Below are positions 36,336-51,100 of a stretch of 53,398 nucleotides of DNA, in pieces. The notes beneath the pieces were generated by a model. The model was not told the origin of the DNA. It did no database searches and saw only the letters and a list, made by a program, of their open reading frames with translations. The stretch lies in IMG/VR virus record IMGVR_UViG_3300021079_000008, positions 1-53,398 of that record; one strand, 5' to 3'. How positions within the stretch are numbered: position 1 is the first letter of the stretch; the number at the start of each line of letters is the position of its first letter. The position numbers and the translations under genes were made by a program. The stretch is from a virus. Lineage: Duplodnaviria > Caudoviricetes.

Positions 36336-39161
36336 ATGGCAAGTTATACTGATGCGATAACCCAATTTAATCCTTACATAGCTCAACAGCCAGTTGAAGC
36401 TATGGTGAAGGTAGGTATGGAGAAACAACAACTCTATAATGAGGGTATACAGAAAATTCAAACTGGTATAGATAATGTGGCTGGATTAGATATTATGAAA
36501 GATCCTCATAAGAAATATCTTCAATCTAAACTTGATGAACTAGGTAGTAACTTAACTAAGGTGGCAGGAGGTGATTTCTCTAATTTCCAATTAGTGAACT
36601 CTGTAGGAGGAATGACCAATCAGATTGTAAAAGATCCCATTATTCAAAATGCTGTTTCTTCCACTGCTCTAGTGAGAAAGGGAATAGCAAATATGGATGC
36701 TGCTAAAAAGGATGGAAAATCTAGTCCAAGTAATGAGTGGGTTTTCAACAATGGTGTAAATAATTGGTTGGGTGATGGAAATATTAATAGTTCATATACA
36801 GGAGATTTTAAAAACTATCTTGATTATGATAAACTTGTTGCAGAATCTCTAAAGAATGCTCATGCTGATAAGTTAGCAGAAGATGAGAATATCATAATGG
36901 GTTATGACAAACAAGGAAATGCCATAATCAATCATGACTTAATTCGTCATCAAATAAAGGAAGGACTCTCTACATCTAAAACAATGTCTATTATTAGGGA
37001 GGTTTATTCACGTCCTGATGTTAAACAACAACTTTCAATAGATGGGTTATATAAGTATAAGGACTATAGTCCTGATGATCTTATTGCAGAAAAAAGACAA
37101 TCTTTAGATTTTCAAAAAGAAGAAATATTAAACGCAAACCCACTACTTAAAGCATATTCTGTTTTATCTGATGGAGATAGAAAAATCAAAGCTGATAAAA
37201 ATCTAGAATCTAATTATCAAAGACTAATGTCATTAAATGGAGAGTTTGATAATTTTCAAAACTCTGTTCATAGTAATTTTGATGGAGCTAAAATAAATTC
37301 TTTTATAGAGGATAAGGTATTAACTAATACAAGAAATTCTGCTTGGACAAGCTTGGATACAGGAGAGACAAGGGTTAGTCCTCAATTTACCGTAAATGAA
37401 GCAAAAGCTAAATTACAATTAGCTCAAGCTACATACGCAGATGCTCATGAGTTAAAGAAATATACAATTCTTAATATAAAGTCTGAAATAGATAAACGAG
37501 AGTTTGATAAACAACAGGCATTATATAAACTTACACATGGTACTGATGCAAATGGTAATCTAATATATAAGATTGGAAAGGATTTTGTTGATCCTGAGAA
37601 AAATTCTGGAGTTGGTTCTGGAAGTTATTATAAAGATATGTCAAGTTTAGAATCTGAAAAGAATCAATTGTTTGCAGATATTACTTCTCATATAGGAGTT
37701 ACATATAATGGAAAAGAATATAAAGGAGATGATGGATTATATATTAACGATGGTGCTACAGGAAATTATAAACTTAATCCTAAATATATAGATAATACTC
37801 CAGGGGCAACTACTCTATTAAATCCTTTAGGTCAGAAAATATACGAAGCTGCAAATGCTCAAATAGCAGCAAATATACAAACTATTTCTACAAACCATTT
37901 AGATGGAACTGTTACTAAAAATTATAGAGATCTAATAAAAAAATATTGGGATAAAACTACAGTATTAGAAGCAACTAAGAAGAAAGCAGAGTTGATCGAA
38001 GCAGAGTTTAAACCTGTAATAGATAAATTAAATAACTTACCTGGATTAGAGAATAATTATGCAGTTCAACTTCCATCAAATAAAAGCATATTTACAAATG
38101 TTATGAGTGGAAAAGGATTAATGGGTTGGGGAGACTTTAATATTTCTAAATCTCAATTGGTAGATATATCATTATATTATAATGGAAAAGAAACTGTTTC
38201 TCAACAAGCTCTTGAGAGACTCAAAGCTTCACTTAATACATACGATGATGCTAATGCTAAACAGTTAATTGAAGCTATCCATATTGGAATGGTTAAAGGA
38301 AATAATAAAATCAGTATGGCTGCAAATCTTATTGATAATAATATAAAAGATAAATCTACAATAGCAGAACTAAATAAAAGAGAACTTAATTTTAGAGATG
38401 CTCAAAGACAAAATCTAGGAAATACTGTAACTCTATCTACAGATGATAATAAAATAAAAGAACCTGTTAGAACAGATTTAATTGCTGACCTTCATGTTAT
38501 GGTAGGAGATAGAAGTGGAGGAGATTATGAAACTGCACTTAAACTTTTGACTAAAAAAGCAGGAGGAGAAATAGACAATAATGAATATTCTTTTACATAT
38601 AATAATAGAACTGGAAAATGGTTTGTTTCAATATCTAACGATAATGATGGAAAAATGAAAGAAAGTGGTTCTTTTGAAGTATCTCCTGGATTTGTACAAC
38701 GTCATAATTTAAATAATGAACTTGATCCAAATATGATAAAGCTTAATGGTAGTCCTTTTGGACAATTATTAGATTTGAATCAGGGAAGTTCTACAACATC
38801 GTTTGATATTAATTCAAATGATGCTGGAGTAAGAGCTATAGAACGATCTAATATTGGTAATTTTAGTGTAGGCTATCAATTACAAAGTAGAGATAGATCT
38901 AATACTTCCTATATTCCTTATTTATATATTACTGATTCTCGTACAGGAAAAACGTATAATGGTATAGAATTAGATTGGTCAAAACTTGCAAAATTACCAG
39001 GATTGTCAAATGATGAAAAGGTATTATTGAAAAATAAACCTTCTGCGTATGAGTCTAGAAAAATTATAGATGCAATTGATAATTTTAAAACTATATTAAA
39101 TTCACAACCTAATCCAGATGCTGCGATTACGTTATTAATTGATAATTACGACAATAAATAA
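36336..39161 (+). CDS. Large virion cargo protein, function unknown
   Basis: 941-aa ORF with helical N-terminus FNPYIAQQPVEAMVKVG; precedes the RNAP gene. Confidence 0.65.
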   Translation: MASYTDAITQFNPYIAQQPVEAMVKVGMEKQQLYNEGIQKIQTGIDNVAGLDIMKDPHKKYLQSKLDELGSNLTKVAGGDFSNFQLVNSVGGMTNQIVKDPIIQNAVSSTALVRKGIANMDAAKKDGKSSPSNEWVFNNGVNNWLGDGNINSSYTGDFKNYLDYDKLVAESLKNAHADKLAEDENIIMGYDKQGNAIINHDLIRHQIKEGLSTSKTMSIIREVYSRPDVKQQLSIDGLYKYKDYSPDDLIAEKRQSLDFQKEEILNANPLLKAYSVLSDGDRKIKADKNLESNYQRLMSLNGEFDNFQNSVHSNFDGAKINSFIEDKVLTNTRNSAWTSLDTGETRVSPQFTVNEAKAKLQLAQATYADAHELKKYTILNIKSEIDKREFDKQQALYKLTHGTDANGNLIYKIGKDFVDPEKNSGVGSGSYYKDMSSLESEKNQLFADITSHIGVTYNGKEYKGDDGLYINDGATGNYKLNPKYIDNTPGATTLLNPLGQKIYEAANAQIAANIQTISTNHLDGTVTKNYRDLIKKYWDKTTVLEATKKKAELIEAEFKPVIDKLNNLPGLENNYAVQLPSNKSIFTNVMSGKGLMGWGDFNISKSQLVDISLYYNGKETVSQQALERLKASLNTYDDANAKQLIEAIHIGMVKGNNKISMAANLIDNNIKDKSTIAELNKRELNFRDAQRQNLGNTVTLSTDDNKIKEPVRTDLIADLHVMVGDRSGGDYETALKLLTKKAGGEIDNNEYSFTYNNRTGKWFVSISNDNDGKMKESGSFEVSPGFVQRHNLNNELDPNMIKLNGSPFGQLLDLNQGSSTTSFDINSNDAGVRAIERSNIGNFSVGYQLQSRDRSNTSYIPYLYITDSRTGKTYNGIELDWSKLAKLPGLSNDEKVLLKNKPSAYESRKIIDAIDNFKTILNSQPNPDAAITLLIDNYDNK

Positions 39162-39164
39162 ATT

Positions 39165-42100
39165 ATGCCTTTACCAGATGTAAATATATTAAAGAGTGCA
39201 AATGATGATTTTTTACAATCTAATCCTGCTCGCTTTTTCCCAGAAAATCTAGTAAGCACTTCTTCTTCAGGATTAGATGGAGGAGAACCTACTCCAAAAA
39301 GTTCTTTTCTTTCATTAACTCCTAATGAAGGAGATGGTAAAATCTATGCCAATACCCCAAACTATTATCAACCTAAGGATGTTCCTAATAGATATAAAAG
39401 ATTTGTTTTTGGAATAGATAATGAATCTGTTCAAGCAGATATTCAGTCTGGATGGGATAGAGTAGGAAATGCTGCAGCAAACTTTGGTGAGAAGATAGGA
39501 GCATATTTGGTACAAACTGCTGGATTTATTGGTGGAGCAATTCCTGCTGCAATAGGTGGAATTGTTAACTATAGTGATAAAGCTCTTGGTGGAAAAGGAG
39601 AAGTGGTTAATAAAGGAAATGCTGTTTCTCTTATGACAGATAATCTTCTTACTAATCTGGGAGAATCTATAAAAGAAAATGTACAAGAAACTAATCCTAT
39701 ATATAAAAGTGCAAAATATACACAAGGTAGTATTTGGCAAAAATTAGGAACTACATCGTGGTGGTTAGATGATGCTGTTGATAGAGCTGCTCTTACAGTA
39801 TCTATGATTATTCCAGGAATAGCTGAAGCTAGGGGAGTGGGACTATTTGGTTCTATAGCAGAAGAAGCAGGAACTATAAGAGCAACAGGATTGCTTTCTA
39901 AAGGAATACAAGAACTGGCAGATAATCCAGAACTCTATGGAAAAATAGGAAAAGCTTTAGGTAATCAAATTTATAAAACTGCTGTAGATGGTACAGTGGA
40001 TATTGGTTCTAATAGTGCTCTAGCTAATAGAGCTTTAGCATTTAAAAATACTATTCAAAAAGCACAGGCTATTGAGTTATATTCTTGGAATGTAATTGGT
40101 CAGTCTGCATTAAATGGAAAAGAAGCTCAAACCTCAATTAGGAGAGCTCTATATGATCAAAGGGAACAAGGACTTATTTCTATGTCAGATGATGAAATAG
40201 AAAAGAAGGCAGCAGAAGGTGCTGCTAAAGGTTTTTGGTATACTGCTCCTTTAGCTCTTGTGGGTTCTTTGATTGAACTTCCTCAGATATTTTCTACAGC
40301 AAAAATGGGACAGAGTGCTTTAAAAAAGTTCTTTAATCCTAATACATTAGAAGTATTGGAAAATGCAGCAAAAACTGTAAAACCTAGTTTTTATAAAATT
40401 GTACGTAATACATTATTTACAGGTCTTGAGCATGGACAGAATGAAAGTGCACAGGTAGCTATTGGTAGATATCTTGAAGAATCTATTGCTGGTACAGTTA
40501 AAGGTGGAAGAATTATTAAAGACGAACAAAATCCTTTTATAGCTATTACTAAAAACTGGGTAGATAATGTTAATGATCCTAATGGTCAGAATAACATTGC
40601 CCTTGGTACTATTCAGGGTATGTTAATGACATTACTTGGACATGGTGGAAGGGTATTAAAAGGAACATACGCTAAAGAAGATGCTCAGAATAAACGATAT
40701 ATAGAAACTATAAATAATGCATTAACAGAACGTAGATATTGGTCTACTCCTGATAACTTCATGGAAAAGGATGATAGTGGTAAAATAAAACTACATCCAA
40801 ATGGTTCTCCTGTATTTAATGAGAACAAACTTGTAAGTATGGGTATGTCATTAGTAGGTATGACTAATGCTTGGAATAAAAGAACTGAAGCTGTAAAAAA
40901 TAATGATCAGAAAGCAATTGAAGAATTGCAATATTCTTCTTTAGCAGCATTGTCTAAAAACTTTTTCGATGATCCTAATGGAATGGAATATTTAACTAAC
41001 CTGTTAAGATTTGAAACAAAGAATCAAAAATCAAATATTAATAGAGTTAATGATGTTGTTAATGGTATAGAATATACTCCTGATAGACAACTAGAAGAAA
41101 ACTTACAAAGTATTGAAAAATTAAAAAAAGCTCATGATGCTATTGAAAATAGACATGCTGGCTTTACTTCTATAGAAATAGATAATGCTGATAAGAATGA
41201 GGTAAATTTAAAAGCAGGATTTATAGAAAATCATAAACAGGCTCAATACTCTATCGCTGCAAAACAATTATTTTTAAATAATAGAATAGAGAAAAATAAT
41301 ATAGAACTTGGTTCTTTAGGAATATCTGAATTTACAGAAAATCCAACTACTCCTCAAGAAGAGAGAGCTAATGATATTATTAAAGAAAATGAAGATAATG
41401 TTAAGGAGTTAGATGAAGCAAAAGATACATATAAGTTTCTTACAGATAAGACTCAATTCAAATCTAGATTCAATACATTAAGAGATGAATATAGAAAAAC
41501 AAAACAGAGAATAGAAACTGCAAAAGATAGTGCTGCTCAGAAAGCAGTAATGACTCCTGAAGAACTTCAAGATGCAAATACAATTAAAGTAACTACTAAA
41601 AAAGGTGAGCAAAATGTTGTAATAGGAGAAGAGTACTATTTAGGAAAAGTTATTGAACATGATGTACATGGAAACGAAGTATATCGTTTTCCCAAACTTA
41701 CTATATTAGGAGAAAATCCAGATGGTACTATTCAGATTAAAGGATCTGATGGTATAGAAAGAGCTATAACCAAAGATGTTCTTCTTGACTATAAGCTTGG
41801 TAAGGTGGCAGATGTTGCAAAGAATGAGAATGCTAGTTTCTATATGAGGAACATGAATAATATTGTATGGTGGAATACAGGTAAGTCAAAACTTGGTAAG
41901 GTTCCTGGAAGACTTGTATATGATAGTGTTAAAGATAAACTCTCCTTTGTATATGTACAAAAGGGAAAGGTGAGAGAGGTTGAGATTGGTCTTGATTCAT
42001 TTGAACCTAAACAAGGATATGACGAAGGTGTATTTACATTAGGTGGGACTCTCACTAAAGAAGACAAGATTGATATTGAAAAAAGGAAATCTTCTGGTAA

Positions 42101-45100
42101 AACTATACAGGATCAATCTAATAGAAGAACTACCAGGCTTAAAATGCTTAATGATTTATTTAATGAAACAAGTGATAGATTAACCACTACAAAAACTCTA
42201 TTACAACAAAAGTATAGTGAATTTGAGAAGGTGGTAAACGATCTATTAACTCTTGAGACTAAAATTAAGAAAGGAGAACTTAGTGGTAGAAATAATTTTA
42301 AAAGTACAACTAATAAAGCAATAAAGGCTGCCAATAGACTTTCAAGAATGCAAGAACAATTACGTCTTGAAATTCAGGAATTAGAAGCAGAACAAGATAC
42401 TCTTGATAATGCTCAAGCCTATATTGCTGATATGGCTCAAAATATTGATGAACTTCCTACAGATAGTAGAGAGTTCTTGAATGAACTTAAAGATCAACAA
42501 AATCTTCTTGAAAGTTTACATTTAGAAACTGGTATTCAAATCAACTCTCTATCTAAGATTATTGATAGCACAGATGCTGCATTAGATAGTGCTATTAATA
42601 TGGTGAGAGAACTTATTAGTAAGTTTGAAAAAGCCTACCCTAAATCTCCTACAGCTATTATTGGACAAACATGGGTAGACTTTTTACAAGCTAATCCTAA
42701 TTTCTTAAAACTTAAACCTAACTTTAAAGCAGATCTTGCTATAGTTGAGGATATACTTGCACAAATAGAAGACTTAGATATTATTCCTGGAGAACGTACA
42801 GTTAAAGAACTTCGTGAACAACTTGAAGGTCTTCAAAATCAACTTAAAGATATTGAAGAAGAACTTGCTGCCAAACAATTAATTCTTGATAAGTTTGAAG
42901 GAATAGTTAAGCTTTGGGAGAAATCAAAAGAGGAAGAAACTAAAATATCTAAGAATGAAGAATTGATTAAAGCTGTATTAGGTACACTTAATCAAACAGT
43001 ACAGAATAAAGTATTTGAAAAACCTTTTCAAGCTGATTCTAAAAAAAGCAATGAGGTTGTTACTAAAGCTACCATCTTCCCAACAGAAAGATCTGAGAAT
43101 GGTGAAACTCCTGCAGAACATCATTTACGTGCAAATAGATTTGGTGCAAGATTTCCAAAACTTAAGAATAGGAGTAGTATACGTGGTGTGATTGTAACAT
43201 CCACTAATGAAGCTAAACTTATTCCTGGATTAACAGAATTCTTGAAGCAAGGTAAAACTGGTGTAGATGTTGCTACAACTATTACTTTAGTTATGGTTGA
43301 AAAGGATACAGAGGGTAATATTCATTTAGTAGATGAAAATGGTGAAAGAATCACTGATGTTAAAGATGCCTTAAATAAAGGAATCTTCCAAGTATTTCCT
43401 TTAGATATAAAGGATATGTTTAGAGAGGGTACTGAAAAATATGTAGTTGATGGATTAAGTAAACAATATGAAGATTGGAGAAAAGAACAATTAGCAGAAC
43501 CTGAAGCAATTGATTATAATATTGCTGCATCTTTTGGTATTCCTGAAACTGTTAAAAAACTTGATGAACAAGGTAATCCTTTAAAAGAAGAAGATTATAC
43601 TGCTCAAACTCCTATAACAGAAACTGGTCTTATATCTGAATCAGATCTTAAAACTGATACAAGAGTATATATTCCAACTCTAGAAGGTACTACTACTCAG
43701 GGCACAACTAGTTTTAAAAATTCTTTAGGTGCTGTATTCTTAAGAACTGCTAATGGAGATGTTCCTTTAAATAATAGAAAGCATACATCAAAAGAAGCTA
43801 GTGCTATCTATGATGCTATTTATCGTCTTTCTACAAATATTATAGCAGATGGTAATATTAAATCTGAAGAATCTCAACGTTTATTACAATTCTTAAGAAG
43901 TGTTGTATTTTGGGGATCTCCAAAAGATGGTAAGAATTCTGGATATAACTCTGTATGGTTTGATAAAATTGCAGAAGATGGTAAGTTTAAACTGTTCATG
44001 TCTGGAAAGAATACAATTGTTTCTGAATTTACTCCTACAGAATTAGAGAATAATAAGGGAAATATCCTTGCTCTTTTACAGGAAATGTATAGCAACACTA
44101 ACTCAAAACTTACAGAGTCTGATTGGAAAAAACTATATGAACAAATCATTTCTATATCTAAGGATGGTAAGATAGAAAAGAAAACATGGGAAAATTATCA
44201 AACCTATCTTCTATCTAATAAGGATGCTAATGGTAAAACTGCTAGAAAAGCTTCAGACATTCCTCTCACTACAAGAATAAGACCTCTTAAGAATGCAGAA
44301 GATGTAAATAAAAAAGGTGTATATTTCATCATCAATGATGAGGCTAATGATTCTAAGTTTGTACATCCTGAAGTTCCTAAATCAATAGTAATTACACCAG
44401 GTGCTCCAAAGGCTAACACTACAGTGGAGAAAGAAGTAGCTAAACCCACTACCATCATGACTCCTACCCAAAACTTTGTTTTAGATGGAACTACTGAAAA
44501 TACAATTACTCTTGCTGATGGAAATACAATTAGTTTTAAATATGATGATAAGCAAGTAATTGAACCAGAAGGATTACCAACAGTATCATTAACAATAAGT
44601 CCTGGTGCAAATAAAGCTCTTGTTGATAAGAAAAAAGCACAAGGAATAGATATAACAGAAGATGATGTTAAGTCTGCTTATTATGCATATATTATTAGTA
44701 AAATTAATGCTTTCAAGGAATCTATAAAAACTCCTACTCCAGAAGTTATTATAGAAACTCCTATGGAAGACAAACCTGTAGAAGCTCCTAAAAGTGCAAA
44801 TGATGTGAGTGCTTCTATAAAAAGTAAGATTGAAGAAAGAAAAAAGAATGTAAAGAAAGATGTTGACTTACGTGAGTTTGTAGATAATTTAGTTGGTCAG
44901 TTTGAAAAAGAAAACTGGACTAAGGTAGAAGCATTTATTAAGGCAACTTTTCCTAATATTCCTATATATAGAGTGAAGAATATGCTTCAGGGTGTAAATG
45001 GTTTACAGGCTTGGGGTATGTTAAAAGATGGTGCTATTTATATATATGAAAATGCTGAAGTTGGTACTGCCTATCATGAAATATTTGAAGCAGTTTGGAA

Positions 45101-48100
45101 ACTAGCTGCTCCTGCTTCTGAACAAACTGCAGTATTAAATGAATTCAAAAATAGGAAAGGTTCTTTTATTGAAAGAACAACAGGAAAATCAGTTAATTAT
45201 TCTGATGCTACCCCTAGTCAAATTAAAGAACAACTTGCTGAAGAGTTCAGAGATTTTGTACACGAAGGAAAAATTCCACCTAAACCAATAGATAGTAGAC
45301 CATATATTGTTAAACTATTTTCTGATCTAGTAAATATGATTAAAAGTCTATTTATTGGAAAAGCTGGTAGTAAAACTGAAAGACTATTTAAAGATATTAG
45401 TAAGGGAAGATATAAAACATATGTTCCCACTGAATCAACTCTATCTTATGCAAATAAAGGAATTATAGATATTAATAATGCCTATATAACAGAGAGTGCT
45501 GATTTAAGAGAAAGAGTATTCCCAGGACTTACTAATGAGAATATTCATGATATGATGCAACAGATGACGTTTGTCACCTTGAATTATGTTATGGAGGATA
45601 ATGAGAATCTATTCAATATTCAAAATATTAATAAAGAGGTTCTTTACGAAAGACTAAAAGAAAATCTTGAAGATAGAATAGTACAACAAATAGTTGCTGC
45701 TGAAGATGCCATTAAAGAAGGTAAAGATGCACAACATATTATAGATAATTCTGAAATGCTTTTCCAAAATATTGAGAATAATTGGAAGGATTTAAGAGAT
45801 AAACATGAAGAATATTTAAAAACCTATTCAATTGAATTTGATGAAAATGATGAATTAGCATTAACTGATGAGAATAAAGGATTGAATGATGTATATGGTG
45901 ATGCAGATAAGATTGATCATTTTAGAAAAGCAAACTCTGCAATAAAACTTTTATTAGCCACTCTACCAAAAGTGGATAATAAAGGAACTAGACTATTATC
46001 TTCTATAGGAGGAGTTAAACTTATTCCTATGAGTGAGGCTTATATGGCAGTGTTGAATAATATACACGATGCTGTAAATGAGGATGTTATGATTGAACGT
46101 GTTAGACAAATGGCAATTGGTGATAAAAACTATGAACGTTTATATACACGCCTTACAAAAAGTCCTTCTAAAACATCATCTATTGATTGGGATGGATTTA
46201 ATAAATATGATTTAAAACTATTAATGGCATTTTGTAAAACCTTTGATAAACAGAATCCTGATGTAAAACTTTTAAATATTCTAGCTAATGGAGATGTTCA
46301 GGTAATGGACTCTAATCTATCATCTGCAGCCAGACAAGTTAAATATGGTTTTGTTAATGATATTAGAACTGTAATTAGAGATGTAAAAAATCCTTATTTC
46401 AAATATGATAAAACAAAAGAATATATTAAAAAACTTAAAAATGGAAAAGATCCATTTGATAATATTATACTTAATGATATTCCAAGTAGAATTGCATTCT
46501 TAAAAAGTCTAGGTATTGTATTCTCTCAAGATGAGGTTACAAGAATGAGTTTATATGATGTTGAAGCCTTCAGACGTTTTAATACTGCTACATCTGGTAT
46601 ACTTTCAAGTATGAAAGCTACAGATAAGATAGCAACTATTAGTGGACAAGTACTTAGTATTGATGGACGACTTTTAACACTTGGTGAAATTAGAGCTAAG
46701 ATTGATAATCCTGAGTTTTCCAGTACATATTATGGTGTAAAAGGAGAAAGAATTCAAACTTATTTAGGAACAAATCCAAGTTCTGATTTATTTAAGACAT
46801 TAACCTCACTTAAAAATATTAACGAGCTTACTACTAATCCTAGATATTCTCAATATAGTTATCTTGCTACTGACTCTTTTGCAAAGAATTCTATAATTTT
46901 AAAGAGTATATTTGAGTCAGAAACTGGTGATAGAATTTCTCAGACTCAAAACTTAATGAAAGCTAGTTTTGCTGATGGTATGATTAATCAGAAGAATGGT
47001 AAAAGGAGAGTGTCTGCTAAAGAAACATATAAAGAACGTATCATTCAAGAAATAAATATGAACCTTGAAGGATATCATTATAATCTAGTTCCTGGAGATG
47101 CTTCTCTGGAATGGATGACTTATATGGGTATACACATCACTGAAGCTTCTTTATTGAGTGGATGGGAAGCAGTACATGACGTATTCAAAGGATATTTAAT
47201 TGATGAAATCAATCTCTCAAGAGAGAATAGAAGTATTGTTACTCCTAAGAATACCAAGAGGGATACAAAGGATCTACGTTTTCTTAAATCTATTCTAGAA
47301 GATAAATCTTCTAATAAACCTAATGAACTTCATGATAGTATAATTAAAAATCTTAAAGATAGTCCTGAAAAGATATATGAAGATAACAAGAGTAAGATAG
47401 ACAATGCAGTTGAAAAGTTTATAAAGAAAGAAACTGAATCGTTTAAAAATACATTATTTGAATATAAGGTTATATCTAAAAGTCTTGAGGGTGATGATTA
47501 TACAACTACCAACTTAAAGTTTAATAATAGTGATACTATAAGTAAAGAAGATATTGATAGAAATCTTAATGCATTAAGTACTAATTATATAATAAATAAT
47601 ATAGAACTTCATAAATTATTATATTCCGATCCCTATCAATATAGTGATGAATTGAAGCGTATTAAGAATTTTTTATCACCACGTCAGAATATGATTTATG
47701 GTTCTACTAAATTAAATGCAGCTATTAATAGAATATGGAATGATGGAATTGCAGAAGATGATATTGCTTATACAGATATGAATAGAACCTATTTTAGAAC
47801 TGCTGTAATGGAAGATGTTCTTGGTGAACAAGATCTTCCTGGATATCAGAAAGCATTATATGAAGAAACTGATGGTAGTGGAATTATTATGTTTAAATCC
47901 TATCGTAATTTCAGAATTCGTACAAGTGATTGGAATGACGCTGAAGAATCTCAATATAGATATGATATGGCTTGGGAGAAAAGATTTAAAAATATACCTC
48001 TTACAGAGAGTGATATAAATATATTAGAAAAAGGTAATCCTTCAATAAAAAGTGCATATACAGCAAAAAAACCTATTGTTGCTGGTAACAAAATGAATGG

Positions 48101-51100
48101 TAAACTTTACAATGATGTTATGCTTGATAAGTTTGCGATATATCCACTTTCTTTACGTATTCTACATGAAGTTGCAAAAAAGGATGATAAAGGTAAGGTG
48201 ATTGAAACAAATATTATGAGATTGCATAATAAAATGCAAAAAGAAAATATTGATTATGTAATATTTCAAAGTGGTAGAAAGGTGGGTGCTGAAAAAACAA
48301 ATGCTTTGTATAATCATGAAGATGGTTCATTTAATTCTAATTCTTTTGAAGGAATTACTAATGTTCCATTTGCCATTATGAGTGTACAGTCTGAAGTACC
48401 TTCTAAAGAATCATCTCTTGTATCAAGAGGTACACAGATGACTAAAGAAATTACAATGGACTTTATGGAAGCTGGTGTTCCTATTGATTTTATTGATTCT
48501 AAAGATAGTGATGAATTCTCTTCAGAAAGATATGATGAATGGTATAAACTTAATGATGAAGAAAAAGCTAAAAGATCTCCATTATATAAGGAGATAATAA
48601 ATAACCAAAATCTTCTTGAAGAAATGATAGAAGTGGGTTATCAAAATCTACTTAAAAAATTAGGTATTAAGGACTTAAATGGTAAATTTGAAATTACTGA
48701 TTATTCACAAGTTACTAAAACTCTTCGTAAAGAAATTCTAAAGAGAGAGATAAATGATAATATAGGTAAAGCTTTATCTGGATATGAAAAGGGTGATGTA
48801 GTATTTGAAGCAACTCCTGCATACCAACAAATAAGAAATATTCTTTATTCGTTAGCTGATAAAAACATTATCTCTCAGAAAATTACTGGAGGAATGTTTG
48901 TTCAGATTCCTTCTACATTATTTGAAGCAAATAGAATTAAACCTACGTTAGTTGAAACTGAAGATGGTCCAAAAAATGTTTATACCTCTGATATTCTTAA
49001 CTTCTATATAGATGAGGATGGTAAACGTACTTGTGAGATAATGATTGCTCGATGGTTTGATAGTAATAAAACAGATGAGGAATTATTACATTATTTCAAC
49101 AATACAGAAGAAGGAAAAAAACAATTAGAAGCTCTCACTACAGTAGCATTTCGTATTCCTACACAGAAACAAAACTCAATTGAAAGTATAAAGATTAAAA
49201 AGTTTCTTCCTAGAGAATTTGGAGATAATGTTATTGTTCCAGCAGCTATTGTAAAGAAAACAGGTGGTGACTTTGATATTGATAAACTTACAACATATTT
49301 AAAAAATCTGTATGTAGGTAGAGATGGATATCCTCGTCTTATTAAATTCTTAACTGATGAAAATTCTACACCAGAAGAAAGATATGTACACTGGGTTAGG
49401 GAAAATTCAAATCGTGATACAAGAAATTATATAAAGTTTCTTTCAAGAGATGCTGTACAAAATCTTAAATCTAATTTTGAAATTGAGGCAGCTAAAATTA
49501 AAGCTAAGTATCAAGCAATTAAAAAAGATAATTCACAGGATTTGTTTGATGATATGCAATCTGATATATATGAACAAAAACAGGTGCAACTAGCTGCACA
49601 GGATTCATATATGGAGGAATTATTTGATATGGGTAAGAGAGTATTCTGGAGAATGACAGATACTACAAGAGAATCTTTTTGGTCAGTAAAGAGGGATATT
49701 AGACAAAAAGGAATTAAAGGTCCTGAAGAGATTAGAAGATATCTATCTCTCGCTACAGGTATGATTCAAGATTCTACTACTGTAGAACAGGACATTGTAA
49801 AACTTGAAGGATTACAAAAGATTTATAAGGAAGAACTTAAAGTGATGGGTATCATGGAAGAAACAATTAATAAAATTGTTAAAGATGCTGTTGCTGCATT
49901 TCGTGAGAATAAAAAGGTTCTAGATTATGCTCTTAAAATAGATAAGTCTCCTGAGTTTGAAGGTCTTGGTGATATATATCAAGATGCTAAATCTCAACAA
50001 AGCTTTGAAGGAGCTGAAGAAATAGCAAATATGGATGGACTTGCAGAATTTAATGAATTTAAAACCTTCTCAAAATATAAACAAAATGTTGAGAAGTCTC
50101 TTCAGAATGCATATATAGAATCTTCTTTTAATTTGGTTTCTAGTAAAGAAAACTTTGAACAACTTACTAAGCCAAACTCTGCTGATCAAATGAAAAAACT
50201 AGCTAAAGAGATTACAAAACTTCGTGGACTAGAAGCATTTGACTACACATCTGTAGGAAATATGCTAAATAGAAACTTTATGAATAGGTTAAGAAATGCA
50301 TTTGTATCTGGTAGATATGCTATTGGTATTGCTGCTATAGCACAAACAAATCATTCTTTAAATCAACGTCAACCTATATATTTTGATTTTAGTAAAATTG
50401 ATTCATTAAATATTGAAGATGCAAAGTGGTTATCTGTGGGAAATAGACAAATTAATTTTATTAAGGAAGATGGTTCTCCTGCATATAATACTATTCTAAT
50501 AGACGGTAAAAGAGTTCCCACTCTATCAATGATTAAGACTATTAATGGACAACATATTTCTGATATTGTTGCTCAGTTTATTGATGGATATGTGGATATC
50601 TCTAAAGGACCTTGGATTATGGAATTAGGAGCAACTCCTAATGTAGCTGGTACATTCCTTGTTCTAGCAAAACTTGGTGTACCTATTGATACTATTTCAT
50701 ATTTCATGAATCAACCCATCATTCGTGACTATCTACATTCTATAGAAAGTTCAGGATATTCATATCTGTTTATGGATAGTTTTGTTAAGGATATTAAAAG
50801 TAGTGATAAATATAAAGATGGAGCTAAACAATTAGATAAGATTAACAGTATTCCAAATAATACTGAATTACGCAATTCAATCAAATCTAAAAAATTAACT
50901 CCAGAACAACAAGCAGAACAACATTTTATGCTTGATGAATTTTTAAAATATGCTAAAATGGGAGAACAACTTCTTACTGTTACCCAAGGAACCAATTTTG
51001 ATACTGCTAATCTTAATGATCCCTATCTTGTATTTAAGAAAATGGTATTACTTATGAAAGCACAACAGACAATTATTTCTTCACCTGATGATATTTTAGA

